Origin: Fibrobacterales bacterium
GTDB lineage: Bacteria > Fibrobacterota > Fibrobacteria > Fibrobacterales > JAOPTW01
Direction of reading: 5' to 3'
Length of the DNA: 64,000 bases
NCBI GenBank assembly: GCA_051532035.1
Contig: JAOPTW010000006.1
Span: 96,001-160,000 of the forward strand
Below are positions 50,226 to 59,532 of the stretch, piece after piece; the stretch's first letter is position 1; each line of letters opens with the position of its first letter. The notes under the pieces were generated by a model that saw nothing but the letters and a program-made list of their open reading frames with translations, was not told where the DNA came from and did not search any database. Both the position numbers and the translations under genes were made by a program.

Positions 50226-50385
50226 TCATGCCCGTACGAAGTATAATGCGACACACTATTATGTATAGGCGTTATCTGCTCACTTAGTCAGATTCAGCAA
50301 ACCCATAATAATCAAAATATTTATGCCACTTTGGTTATATTTAAATAATATATTAAAATACGGATACTCTGTATTGATTTCGGTA

Positions 50386-51897
50386 ATGACGCGTCTAATT
50401 AGTTGCATCACCTTTTTTGCCCTATTCTGCATCGTTTCAGCCCATGCAAAACCGGTGACACTCAAAATGTGGATCATGAACAATGGTTCTCGTGCAGTAT
50501 GGCAACTCCAACAAACAACTGAAGCCTTTCAAAAACAACACCCTCATATTAAGCTCGATATACAATTAGTAAACTGGGGAGAGGCATGGACAAAACTTAA
50601 AATTCTCTCACAGACGCATAGCGGCCCCGACATAGTACAGGTTGGCTCAACCTGGGTCCCTCACTTTGCCGAAACAGACCTTTTCCTCAATTTAAAACCG
50701 TATCTCACTCAGTTTGGAGGCAAAGAGAGCTTTTTCTCTTCTGCATGGAGCTCTTCATTCAGTGATAATCATCCCCAAATGATCGCAGCAGTCCCCTGGT
50801 TTTTGGACAACAAAATATTAATGCTCAATCAAGAGATGTTCAACGCGTTCAATTTTACCACTCGAGACTTCAAAGACTGGAAATCAACTAAAAACTCTCT
50901 CATGCGGGTTAAAGAGGCCCAGTTAACCACTCCAACAGGAGATCAAATCTGGCCCTTTGCCTTCCCTGGCTTTGGCACTTATAATGTGGTACACAACCTT
51001 GCCCCTTGGCTCTGGTCAAGCGGTGGTTCCTTCTTAAAAAAGGGTGGAGCCCATTGGCACAGTAACCTGAGTGATACAAACTCTATTGAAGCCATTAAAT
51101 ATTATATATCTCTGATGCGAGACAGTATTGTGAATGCAAGGGATCTCGACCAAAGTAATACCTATGTCGATAACCTCTTTGTGGAGGGAAAAGTTTTTCT
51201 CTACCTTACCGGCACCGGTCAACTCGTCAGTGATGCACGAGGTGACAAAAGTCCCTACCCCTTCTCAACCACCTACCTTCCTACTCCACAGTCCACTCGA
51301 GGTACCAAACAACAGTTTAGTTTTCTCGGAGGGAGCAACTTAGCTATTACCCGTTTTAGTAAACACAGAAACGAAGCTATAGCACTCATTACCTATTTAA
51401 TGAATGATAAGGTCAATGCAGAGTATAGCACTGCTATCGGTGCCATAAGTAGTAAAAAACATTTCAAGCGATACCTCCCCCATGTTGACTCAGCAGCCAT
51501 TTACCTTCTCGAAAGCAGCGTGACCCAAGGCCGATCATATCCAAATATTCCTCAATGGGGCGATTTAGTTCTGCCAATCAAAGATGGGCTTGTTTCTCTC
51601 TTTCTTCTTGCAGGAGGTGCTTATGGTGAATATGGCGATGAAGAAGTCTTAGAACAAACTCTTGCTATTGACCGAATAATAAATAAAAGACTGGGCCTCT
51701 CTATTGCAACTCAAGATTCCCTAGCTCAATCCTACCAACAAACCTTTATTCAAAAACAGCGCAATCGCACCACACCCTTTGCACAGACCTTTTCTCAAAG
51801 GCCGCAGGAACGCTGGTTTGAAGCGACACTGCTTATTATCTGCATATTACTCTTGGGGGGCGTAGTAGCCCTCAAGCGTATTGGGCAAAACAGATAA
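50386..51897 (+). CDS. Family 1 (sugar) extracellular solute-binding protein with C-terminal TM anchor
   Basis: Signal peptide; F...HP.I, PDIVQVGSTWV, VPWFLD, FLGGSNLAI; C-terminal LLIICILLLGGVVAL-KR. Confidence 0.8.
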   Translation: MTRLISCITFFALFCIVSAHAKPVTLKMWIMNNGSRAVWQLQQTTEAFQKQHPHIKLDIQLVNWGEAWTKLKILSQTHSGPDIVQVGSTWVPHFAETDLFLNLKPYLTQFGGKESFFSSAWSSSFSDNHPQMIAAVPWFLDNKILMLNQEMFNAFNFTTRDFKDWKSTKNSLMRVKEAQLTTPTGDQIWPFAFPGFGTYNVVHNLAPWLWSSGGSFLKKGGAHWHSNLSDTNSIEAIKYYISLMRDSIVNARDLDQSNTYVDNLFVEGKVFLYLTGTGQLVSDARGDKSPYPFSTTYLPTPQSTRGTKQQFSFLGGSNLAITRFSKHRNEAIALITYLMNDKVNAEYSTAIGAISSKKHFKRYLPHVDSAAIYLLESSVTQGRSYPNIPQWGDLVLPIKDGLVSLFLLAGGAYGEYGDEEVLEQTLAIDRIINKRLGLSIATQDSLAQSYQQTFIQKQRNRTTPFAQTFSQRPQERWFEATLLIICILLLGGVVALKRIGQNR

Positions 51898-51976
51898 CGG
51901 CTCCTTAATACCATCCATACTCATCTTCATTTACTCAGATGACCCTATGCTTATACCATAGTTTAATTTAGGGAAT

Positions 51977-52009
51977 AAAAAAAGCCGATGTCGTAATGAC
52001 ACCGGCTTT
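51977..52009 (-). terminator. Intrinsic terminator of pyk
   Basis: Minus strand AGCCGGTGTCA-TTA-CGACATCGGCT followed by a T run. Confidence 0.8.
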
Positions 52010-52029
52010 AGAAGTTCTTCGAAAAGATC

Positions 52030-53439
52030 TTATTTTACACAGTTACCCGCAAGATTGATCTCCATGTTATTAGTGTTTCCACCTGGAGCATTGAGAGTAG
52101 AAATGATCATTGTGATCAAGTCATCATTTGCAAGTTTACCATCTTTGATAAGAGCAGATACTGCATTCTGTCTGATGCCACCTTCACGAGAGATTGGGAA
52201 AGCCTCAACACCGTAAGAAAGTGCAAGAATTTTTTGACCTTTACCATCGATACACGCTGCATATACAGGTGCTTTTGAACGGTAAGAAGCAACATCACGA
52301 GCAGTTTTACCTGTTGCAGTAGGAACAACAAGTGCTTTAACGTCTAGGTTTTGAGCAGCTTTAACTGCAGCTTTACCAACATAACGTTTGATATCGATGT
52401 GTTTAACATCCATTGCAGCAGGGTTAAGCTCATCACGTGTAGACTCAACTTCTTTAGAGATGCGAGTCATAAGAGAAACTGCTTCAACTGGATAATCACC
52501 ATATGCTGTTTCACCAGAAAGCATGATTGCATCAGTACCATCAAGTACTGCATTTGCAACGTCTGAGATCTCTGCACGAGTAGCACGTGGGTTTTTGATC
52601 ATTGATTCAAGCATTTGAGTTGCAGTAATTACAGGCTTGCCCGCTTGGATACATTTTTTAATGATCATTTTTTGAATTTGTGGAACTTTTTCACCAGGAA
52701 CTTCGATACCCATATCGCCACGAGCAACCATGATACCATAAGACTCTTCGATGATCTCATCAATATTATCAACACCCTCTTGGTTTTCGATTTTAGAGAT
52801 AATTTTTACATCTTTACCAGACTCATCGATGATCGCTTGAACATCTTTAACATCTTGTGCATGACGTACAAATGAATGAGCGATGAAATCAAGGTCATGA
52901 TCACATGCAAATTTAATGAAGTTTTTATCTTTCTCAGTAAGAGAAGGAAGTTTGATAGCAACACCAGGAACATTTACTGATTTAAAACGTTTGAACTCAC
53001 CATCATTCATGATAGTACACTCTAGTTTTTCGTCAGTTTTTGAATCTACGCGAAGCTCAAGGTATCCATCATCAATAAGGATTTGAGTTCCAACTGGAAC
53101 GTCTTTAGCAAAACTAGGATAGTTAACTTGTAACACTTCTTTAGTAGTTTTAACACCATCTAAAGCTTTACATTCAACAGTTACTTTATCACCTGTTTTA
53201 ACATCAATAGCATCATCTAATTCACCAGTACGTACTTCTGGTCCTTTAGTATCTACAAGGATTGCAATATTTCCATCAACGGCATAAATATTTTCTAATA
53301 CACTTACAGTAGTTTCAGGAAGTTGGTGAGCTGTATTAATACGAACAACATTCATTCCAGAAGCATAGAGCTCTGTGAGGAAAGGAACGTCACATTTTCT
53401 GTCTGAGATGGTACAAACTATCTTGGTCTTTTTTTGCAT
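52030..53439 (-). CDS. pyk: Pyruvate kinase
   Basis: KTKIVCTI, DTKGPEVRT, KIEN.EG, MVARGDMG, TATQML.SM, D.IMLSGETA. Confidence 0.97.
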   Translation of the reverse strand: MQKKTKIVCTISDRKCDVPFLTELYASGMNVVRINTAHQLPETTVSVLENIYAVDGNIAILVDTKGPEVRTGELDDAIDVKTGDKVTVECKALDGVKTTKEVLQVNYPSFAKDVPVGTQILIDDGYLELRVDSKTDEKLECTIMNDGEFKRFKSVNVPGVAIKLPSLTEKDKNFIKFACDHDLDFIAHSFVRHAQDVKDVQAIIDESGKDVKIISKIENQEGVDNIDEIIEESYGIMVARGDMGIEVPGEKVPQIQKMIIKKCIQAGKPVITATQMLESMIKNPRATRAEISDVANAVLDGTDAIMLSGETAYGDYPVEAVSLMTRISKEVESTRDELNPAAMDVKHIDIKRYVGKAAVKAAQNLDVKALVVPTATGKTARDVASYRSKAPVYAACIDGKGQKILALSYGVEAFPISREGGIRQNAVSALIKDGKLANDDLITMIISTLNAPGGNTNNMEINLAGNCVK

Positions 53440-53597
53440 ATCTATTTTCCAGTTTTGTTTTAATTTTCAGTTTGGATCAAATGTAATATTTTTTGCCTTG
53501 AATTTAACGGGATTTGCATTATAATTTGCTACTTTGCTTTTAAAAAGCTGTTTCTCATACTTTTCAAACCAAAGTTCTTTAAAGCCAGGCCCCATCT

Positions 53598-55955
53598 ATG
53601 ACAAAAGCGTCGAATCTATCTGATAATTCAGACATTTTAGTTGAAATTCCTCAAAAACTTCCAGTAATACCCATCAGGGATTCAGTCATCTATCCAGGCT
53701 CGATTCATCCACTTCTTCTTGGAAGAGAAGCCTCTATTCAGGCTGCTGATTATGCGCAAAATCGCTCAGAAGGGCTCATTTTTCTTGCTCTCCAGCATGA
53801 ACCTGAGATTGATGAAGTAGTTCCAGATCAACTCCATCGCACCGGTGTTATAGCACGGATTACCTCACAGGTAACTCTTCCCAACAACTTGAGTAAAGTA
53901 CTCGTAGAAGGATTGGTTATTGCTCGAGTCGATGAGTGGTTTGCCGGAAGTCCGCTCATGATGGCTCAAGTGACGCCACATGTTCTTAAAGCGCCACGAA
54001 AAAAGGCATTTGGCACCATCATGAGAGATATTGCTTCAAAATTTAAGCAATACGCCCAAACAACACCTGATGTACCCAATGAAATCCTCCAAACATTTGA
54101 TACGACAGAACTCCCCCCAGAGATCCTCTTTACCATAGCTCCTTTTATCAAGGCTGAACTCAGTTTAAAACAGCTCCTCCTTGAACAGCCGGGCTTTGAA
54201 CAGTTTGCAGCGCTGATAAGCGAAATTATCGATTCCAGCCGTTCAGTACTCCTCCTCAACAGAAAGATTGAGCGTGAAGTACGTGACCGCATTCAACAAT
54301 CTCAAAAAGAGTACGTCCTCAACGAGCAGTTGCGTCTCATCCATGAAGAACTGGGCCACATGCCCGAACAGAATAGCAACCCTGAGTTTCAACTCCTCCT
54401 TAAGCAACTCAAAGAGAAAGATCTTTCGGCAGAAGTATACGAGAAAGTGTACGATGAACTGAAGCGATTAGCGCTTCTCCCTCAGTCTTCACCAGAGTAT
54501 TCGGTGGTACGCAATTACATTGATTGGTTTATCTCTCTCCCTTTTGGCACGGTCACCGAAGACAACCTCAGTCTCCCTTCGGTTAAACGTCACCTGAACA
54601 AAGAACACTACGGTCTCTCTTCTATAAAAGAGCGCGTACTTGAGCATGTTGCAGTACTCAAACTTACCGAAGAGAAGTACACCCCAATACTTTGCCTTGT
54701 AGGGCCTCCTGGCGTGGGTAAAACAACCCTTGGCCGTTCTATTGCCCATGCATTAGGGCGTGAATTTATTCGTATCTCTATGGGTGGCATTCGCGACGAA
54801 GCAGAAGTACGCGGTCACCGCAGAACCTATGTTGGGGCTATGCCGGGTAAAATCATTCAAGGCATTAAACGCGCCAAGGTTATGAACCCAGTGATCCTCC
54901 TCGATGAAATTGATAAGATGGCAAGTGACTTTAGAGGTGACCCTGCCAGTGCACTGCTCGAACTCCTTGACCCAGAGCAGAACAAAGATTTTACTGATAA
55001 CTTTCTTGAGATAGGTATTGACCTGAGCAAAGCGCTCTTTATCACCACTGCCAATATTGAGATGAGTATCCCCGAACCACTTCGGGATCGGCTTGAAATA
55101 TTACGACTCGCAGGCTACCACAGCCATGAGAAACTTGCCATTGCCCAAAAGCATTTGATCCCTAAACGTCGATCATCAAATGGCCTCACAGAAGAACAGC
55201 TCACCCTTAAAGATGATGCTGTTTACCGAATCATTCACGACTACACCCGTGAAGCTGGTGTCCGTGGACTTGAAAAAGAAATTGATAAGGTTATGCGTAA
55301 ACGCGCTGTTGAAGTGGTCTCTAAAAAACGCACCTCAAATAGTGTCGATGACAAGAAACTCCAACAATACCTCGGCGTCCCTCGCTTTAGCAGATCTCAG
55401 CTCGTTAAAAAAGGTGAACCGGGACTTGTGACAGGGCTTGCATGGACCTCTGTTGGTGGTGAGATATTACAAATTGAGTGCGCACTCATGGCAGGTAAAG
55501 GCAAACTGAGCCTTACAGGAACCCTCGGTGATGTGATGAAAGAGTCAGCACAGATTGCCCTGACCCTTACTAAAAAACGCGTAGAAAGCTTTGGTATTGA
55601 CCCTAAAATATTCAATGAGACCGATATTCATATACACCTTCCCGAAGGCGCAATCCCCAAAGATGGCCCCTCTGCAGGTATTGGTCTCACACTTTCACTC
55701 CTCTCTGCCTTTACCAAAAAGACTATCGACCCAACAATTGCCTTTACCGGCGAAGTTTCACTCAGTGGTAAAGTACATGCCATTGGTGGGCTTCCTGAAA
55801 AGTCAATTGCAGCCCTCGAAGCAGGCGTCAAAACAATCATGCTCCCCAAAGAGAATGATAAAGATGTCACCGAACTCCCGGCACAAGTTAAGAAAGGGGT
55901 TAAAATTGAGAAGTTTAATACCATTGATGAAATAATTAAGAAGCTGTTTAAGTAA
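53598..55955 (+). CDS. lon: ATP-dependent protease La
   Basis: LON N-domain, GPPGVGKT, RGHRRTYVGAMPG, LLDEIDK, PKDGPSAG, IGGLPEK. Confidence 0.97.
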   Translation: MTKASNLSDNSDILVEIPQKLPVIPIRDSVIYPGSIHPLLLGREASIQAADYAQNRSEGLIFLALQHEPEIDEVVPDQLHRTGVIARITSQVTLPNNLSKVLVEGLVIARVDEWFAGSPLMMAQVTPHVLKAPRKKAFGTIMRDIASKFKQYAQTTPDVPNEILQTFDTTELPPEILFTIAPFIKAELSLKQLLLEQPGFEQFAALISEIIDSSRSVLLLNRKIEREVRDRIQQSQKEYVLNEQLRLIHEELGHMPEQNSNPEFQLLLKQLKEKDLSAEVYEKVYDELKRLALLPQSSPEYSVVRNYIDWFISLPFGTVTEDNLSLPSVKRHLNKEHYGLSSIKERVLEHVAVLKLTEEKYTPILCLVGPPGVGKTTLGRSIAHALGREFIRISMGGIRDEAEVRGHRRTYVGAMPGKIIQGIKRAKVMNPVILLDEIDKMASDFRGDPASALLELLDPEQNKDFTDNFLEIGIDLSKALFITTANIEMSIPEPLRDRLEILRLAGYHSHEKLAIAQKHLIPKRRSSNGLTEEQLTLKDDAVYRIIHDYTREAGVRGLEKEIDKVMRKRAVEVVSKKRTSNSVDDKKLQQYLGVPRFSRSQLVKKGEPGLVTGLAWTSVGGEILQIECALMAGKGKLSLTGTLGDVMKESAQIALTLTKKRVESFGIDPKIFNETDIHIHLPEGAIPKDGPSAGIGLTLSLLSAFTKKTIDPTIAFTGEVSLSGKVHAIGGLPEKSIAALEAGVKTIMLPKENDKDVTELPAQVKKGVKIEKFNTIDEIIKKLFK

Positions 55956-55961
55956 ATAGGC

Positions 55962-56129
55962 TTACGTGAGCGGATGTCTATTCCGCCACGACTCAGCATA
56001 ATGCTTAATCCATATCTCTGCAGCAATATTTTGATTTATCTCTTGACCAACAACATCTTCGAGGTGATGACAAAAATTAAGTATTTCTTGAATTTGGTCA
56101 TCATTATCTGATGGATATTTCGAGCTCAT
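55962..56129 (-). CDS. Small protein (55 aa), not in the ORF track
   Basis: GGGAGG RBS; MSSKYPSDNDDQIQEILNFCHHLEDVVGQEINQNIAAEIWIKHYAESWRNRHPLT. Confidence 0.65.
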   Translation of the reverse strand: MSSKYPSDNDDQIQEILNFCHHLEDVVGQEINQNIAAEIWIKHYAESWRNRHPLT

Positions 56130-56331
56130 ACACCCTCCCTCGCCTACTATATAGATCGTCAGTAATCCTGCAAAGTATTACCCTTTAGTCTCATTTAATT
56201 GGCAAACCTTTCATTTTGTAGTTTATTGTACAATTTCAGAAACAGACAATACATGCGTTTTCAAAGAAGTTTTACTTTTTTAGTATCGTTTTCGAACATT
56301 TTAAACGTCTTATGTATAAAAGGAGCAATCC

Positions 56332-56502
56332 ATGCTTAAACTAACACTGATGTTCATTTCCTCACTCATAATAATCGGTTGTACCGAAGGATCATTCTTT
56401 TTCGATGATAAAGCCTGTGGTTGTATTGATCCAGATTTAGAGAGCTCCAATGACTCATCTACCGAATACTCTCAAGAAGAAGAACCAAGCTCAAATTATT
56501 AA
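56332..56502 (+). CDS. Small lipoprotein (56 aa), not in the ORF track
   Basis: AAGGAG RBS; MLKLTLMFISSLIIIGC lipobox, CGC motif, acidic Ser-rich tail. Confidence 0.65.
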   Translation: MLKLTLMFISSLIIIGCTEGSFFFDDKACGCIDPDLESSNDSSTEYSQEEEPSSNY

Positions 56503-56595
56503 AACAACACAATGGCCTACAAAGTAGACCAAGTAATTATCAAATAATGAAATACAATGATTTGCAAAGCAAATCGAGTAATTAGACTCAGCAAA

Positions 56596-56614
56596 GGCCT
56601 CCCAAAAGGAGGCC
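56596..56614 (-). terminator. GC hairpin, likely terminator of cheY-cheC
   Basis: GGCCTCC-CAAAA-GGAGGCC; followed by TTTG on the minus strand. Confidence 0.55.
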
Positions 56615-56623
56615 AAGCTATAC

Positions 56624-56731
56624 TAATTTTCAATTGTAGGTGTATTCAGGCAAGGCATTTGTTTCGAGAGCGTACATGTGGTACGCCGAGAAGCAAATAA
56701 CGCAGCATGAAGCGCATACAATTGAAAATTA
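56624..56731 (+). repeat. ~108-bp palindromic REP/MITE-like hairpin element
   Basis: 15-bp terminal inverted repeats TAATTTTCAATTGTA / TACAATTGAAAATTA; nested stems ATTTGTTTC/GAAGCAAAT and CGTAC-ATGTG-GTACG. Confidence 0.7.
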
Positions 56732-57361
56732 AAGGTTTTCTGTGGTGAAGGTGTCGATCGACGTTCTGAGCCAGTTAAATGAGTCCTCATTATAAGTAAT
56801 AAACAGACTCCCACAAACGGTATCATTATCGAGAGAAAACTGAGCCTCAGCAATTATCGCTTCAGCATCTTCAGGAAAGACTTCATCAGTAAAACCATCA
56901 ACCTTATCGAGTAAAATATGTGGTGCTGAGAATGTATTTTCTTCATTGAATATTCCAGAAATTTTATTGATGCATGAGTTTATAAGAAGAGAGCTCACCT
57001 GAGCAAATACCATGGTTCGTTCTTCGTCACTGAGCTCTTCAGCGGAACGTTTTTCTTCATCAAATCCCATAATGTTGAGCATCTCTGCTACGAGCTCAGA
57101 TGGAATTGCTAGATACGCTGTTCCATTCCAATTACCCCAAAAGCCCTGCTCTACTATTGAGACCTCTTGATTAGAGGCTATATTTTTATTGGCAAATTCA
57201 GTTACTTCATCACCGGTCCCTATAAACACTTTTGGAACCGTTATCGTAATAAAGGAGTTTAATGCATCTGCAAGTTCTGCACACGCCGCTCCAAAACCCA
57301 TATTCATTATCTCTATAAGTATTTCGGTATCATCATTATTAAATTGACTCGCATCAGACAT
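56729..57361 (-). CDS. CheC-like phosphatase family protein
   Basis: EIMNMGFG.A...L...L...I.I.VP (CheC ExxN motif), Q.F.G...G.A.L; overlaps the upstream response regulator. Confidence 0.8.
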   Translation of the reverse strand: MSDASQFNNDDTEILIEIMNMGFGAACAELADALNSFITITVPKVFIGTGDEVTEFANKNIASNQEVSIVEQGFWGNWNGTAYLAIPSELVAEMLNIMGFDEEKRSAEELSDEERTMVFAQVSSLLINSCINKISGIFNEENTFSAPHILLDKVDGFTDEVFPEDAEAIIAEAQFSLDNDTVCGSLFITYNEDSFNWLRTSIDTFTTENL

Positions 57362-57725
57362 TATCTTCTATCCAGCTAAGTAGTTGAACCATACTCTCTT
57401 CTGAAGGCGGTTTATCTTGTATTTTAAGTGCACCAAGAGCAAGAACTCTCTCTTTAGCTTCTTTCTGGGCATCGGCACTATTTATTACCACTTTTGCATT
57501 TTCATCAAACTTCATAAGGATTTCAAGACACTGAAAACCATCCATTTCAGGCATTGTTAAATCGAGAAAGACGAGGTCTGGCTTATCCTTTTGATAAATT
57601 TCCAAACCCTCTTTAGCACTACCTGCCTCGACAAACTCATATTCATCCTTATTTGGAACAACCCGCATAAGCATTTTTCGGGCCACCGGAGAGTCATCTA
57701 TTACAAGAATTTTCTTAATATCCAT
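57354..57725 (-). CDS. Single-domain CheY-like response regulator
   Basis: IDDS, FLDLTMPEMDG, SAD.Q, KP; ATG 57725. Confidence 0.9.
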   Translation of the reverse strand: MDIKKILVIDDSPVARKMLMRVVPNKDEYEFVEAGSAKEGLEIYQKDKPDLVFLDLTMPEMDGFQCLEILMKFDENAKVVINSADAQKEAKERVLALGALKIQDKPPSEESMVQLLSWIEDNV

Positions 57726-57840
57726 TATTAACCAGAAATTAAAAGAAACGTTACTCCATAGTACCACGATAATTTTCCAATTTCAAGAAATATTCTATCT
57801 TTTCTTTCAATTAGACAATTAACGCCTAAGGGGATATTTC

Positions 57841-58539
57841 ATGAGAAATGAGGATATTTTAACCAAAAATTTCACAGAAATTGATGCACGTATCACTCGA
57901 GCAGCTCAAAATGCGGACCGTTCTCCGAGTGAAATAACTCTTATTTGGGTATCAAAACGAAAAGGCGTAGATATGGTCACTGCTGCAGCACAAGCAGGGG
58001 CTATTCATTTTGGCGAAAACCGTATTCAGGAGGCTATTGACAAGTTCACTACTCCACCTGAAGGCTCGATACTCCATATTATTGGCCCCGTTCAAAAAAA
58101 TAAAATGAGAAAAGCAGTTTCAGTAGGGAAATGGATACATACATTGTCATCTCTCGAAGACCTTGAACGGCTCAACAATATATGCATTGAAGAGAATACA
58201 CAGATGAATGTGTTGATACAAATCAACACTTCTGAAGAAGAGAGTAAAAGTGGTGTCCCCCACGAGAAGGCTGAAAGCTTTTTAAATTCACTTCCCATTC
58301 ACTCTAATTTGTTATATTGTGGTTTAATGACCATTGGCAAAAATAGTGGAATTCCTGAAGATAGTCGTTCAGAATTCAAGTTTTTGCGAACACTACGAGA
58401 TACATTTAACAATCGCGATGAGCGATTCAGATCCTTCACTGAACTCTCTATGGGCATGACTGATGATATGCATATTGCCATTGAAGAGGGAGCAACAATG
58501 ATACGGATTGGAACAGCACTTTTTGGTGCACGAGATTAA
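57841..58539 (+). CDS. yggS: PLP homeostasis protein YggS
   Basis: VSK, FGENRIQE, H.IG..QKNK, GLMTIG, LSMGMT.D..IAIEEGAT.IRIGT. Confidence 0.95.
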   Translation: MRNEDILTKNFTEIDARITRAAQNADRSPSEITLIWVSKRKGVDMVTAAAQAGAIHFGENRIQEAIDKFTTPPEGSILHIIGPVQKNKMRKAVSVGKWIHTLSSLEDLERLNNICIEENTQMNVLIQINTSEEESKSGVPHEKAESFLNSLPIHSNLLYCGLMTIGKNSGIPEDSRSEFKFLRTLRDTFNNRDERFRSFTELSMGMTDDMHIAIEEGATMIRIGTALFGARD

Positions 58540-58548
58540 AGGACCCTT

Positions 58549-58803
58549 ATGATTACATGGATATTAGTAAACGGCATACAACTCCTTTCAATTGGATTTT
58601 TCATCCTTGGGTTTGTCAACCTTATTCCTTCACTTAAAAATTCAGCCCTTGTTCATAAAGCTGAACCTTATACTGAACCACTCTTAAAAGCAGTGCGCAG
58701 TTATATGCCCGAAGGAAGCTTTGACTTCTCTTATTGGGTAGTATCAGGAGTACTCATGCTCCTCTCATTTGTTGTTCGTTTTGCGTTAGGCATACTATTC
58801 TAA
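58549..58803 (+). CDS. yggT: YggT family membrane protein
   Basis: TEP.L..VR...P....DFS motif; lies between yggS and divIVA. Confidence 0.8.
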   Translation: MITWILVNGIQLLSIGFFILGFVNLIPSLKNSALVHKAEPYTEPLLKAVRSYMPEGSFDFSYWVVSGVLMLLSFVVRFALGILF

Positions 58804-58814
58804 TAGGAGTACCC

Positions 58815-59321
58815 ATGGAAATTACCCCTCTCGATATACGTAACCAAGCCTTTAAAAAGAAAAAAATCGGCGGCTATGCCCCAGAAGAGGTTGACTCATT
58901 TTTAACTCAAATCGCGAGTGATTTAGAGCTAAGAAACAAAGAGAACAATCAAATTAAAGAGAAGCTCAAACTTGCCGAAGATAAAGTGCGTCAGTTTCAA
59001 CAGATTGAAGCAACTCTTCAAGATTCTGTAGTTACTATGCAAAAAAATATTGATGAGACTCGCCGTAATGCCCATAAAGAAGCAGAGCTCATCATTGGTG
59101 AAGCAAAAGCACGAGCAGAAAAAGATACCTCTTCCATTCGAAAAGAAGCTGATGACCTCAGAGAAGAGATTTCAATTTTAAAGACTCAGCGCAAGCATCT
59201 ATTTATTAGAATGCACAATGTTATTAACTCTCAACGAGAACTTCTTGAGGCACTCGAGCTTGAAGACAACTTTGTTGAAGAAATTGCCCCCGGTGTTACC
59301 ACCAGTGAAAATTTCCGTTAA
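58815..59321 (+). CDS. divIVA: DivIVA domain protein
   Basis: AGGAG RBS; ITPLDI.NQ.F.K...GY...EVD.FL followed by a coiled coil. Confidence 0.88.
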   Translation: MEITPLDIRNQAFKKKKIGGYAPEEVDSFLTQIASDLELRNKENNQIKEKLKLAEDKVRQFQQIEATLQDSVVTMQKNIDETRRNAHKEAELIIGEAKARAEKDTSSIRKEADDLREEISILKTQRKHLFIRMHNVINSQRELLEALELEDNFVEEIAPGVTTSENFR

Positions 59322-59529
59322 AGCACAGACAAAATCAAAAAGGAATGATGTTCTAGGCCCTGATGAGTCGGGCCTCTATACCGTACATGTCAACACCCCA
59401 CCCGTAGATGGAAAAGCAAATACAGCCATCTGTGCCCTCCTTGCCAAACACTTTAAGGTTTCTAAAAGCTCTGTGTCGGTACTCAAAGGCCAAACATCAA
59501 AACAAAAAATTATAGAGATAGAGATCTAA
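59305..59529 (+). CDS. DUF167/YggU family protein
   Basis: V..PPVDGKAN.A....LA..F.V.KS.V....G.TSK.K; GTG start overlapping the divIVA end. Confidence 0.88.
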   Translation: MKISVKAQTKSKRNDVLGPDESGLYTVHVNTPPVDGKANTAICALLAKHFKVSKSSVSVLKGQTSKQKIIEIEI

Positions 59530-59532
59530 CCT

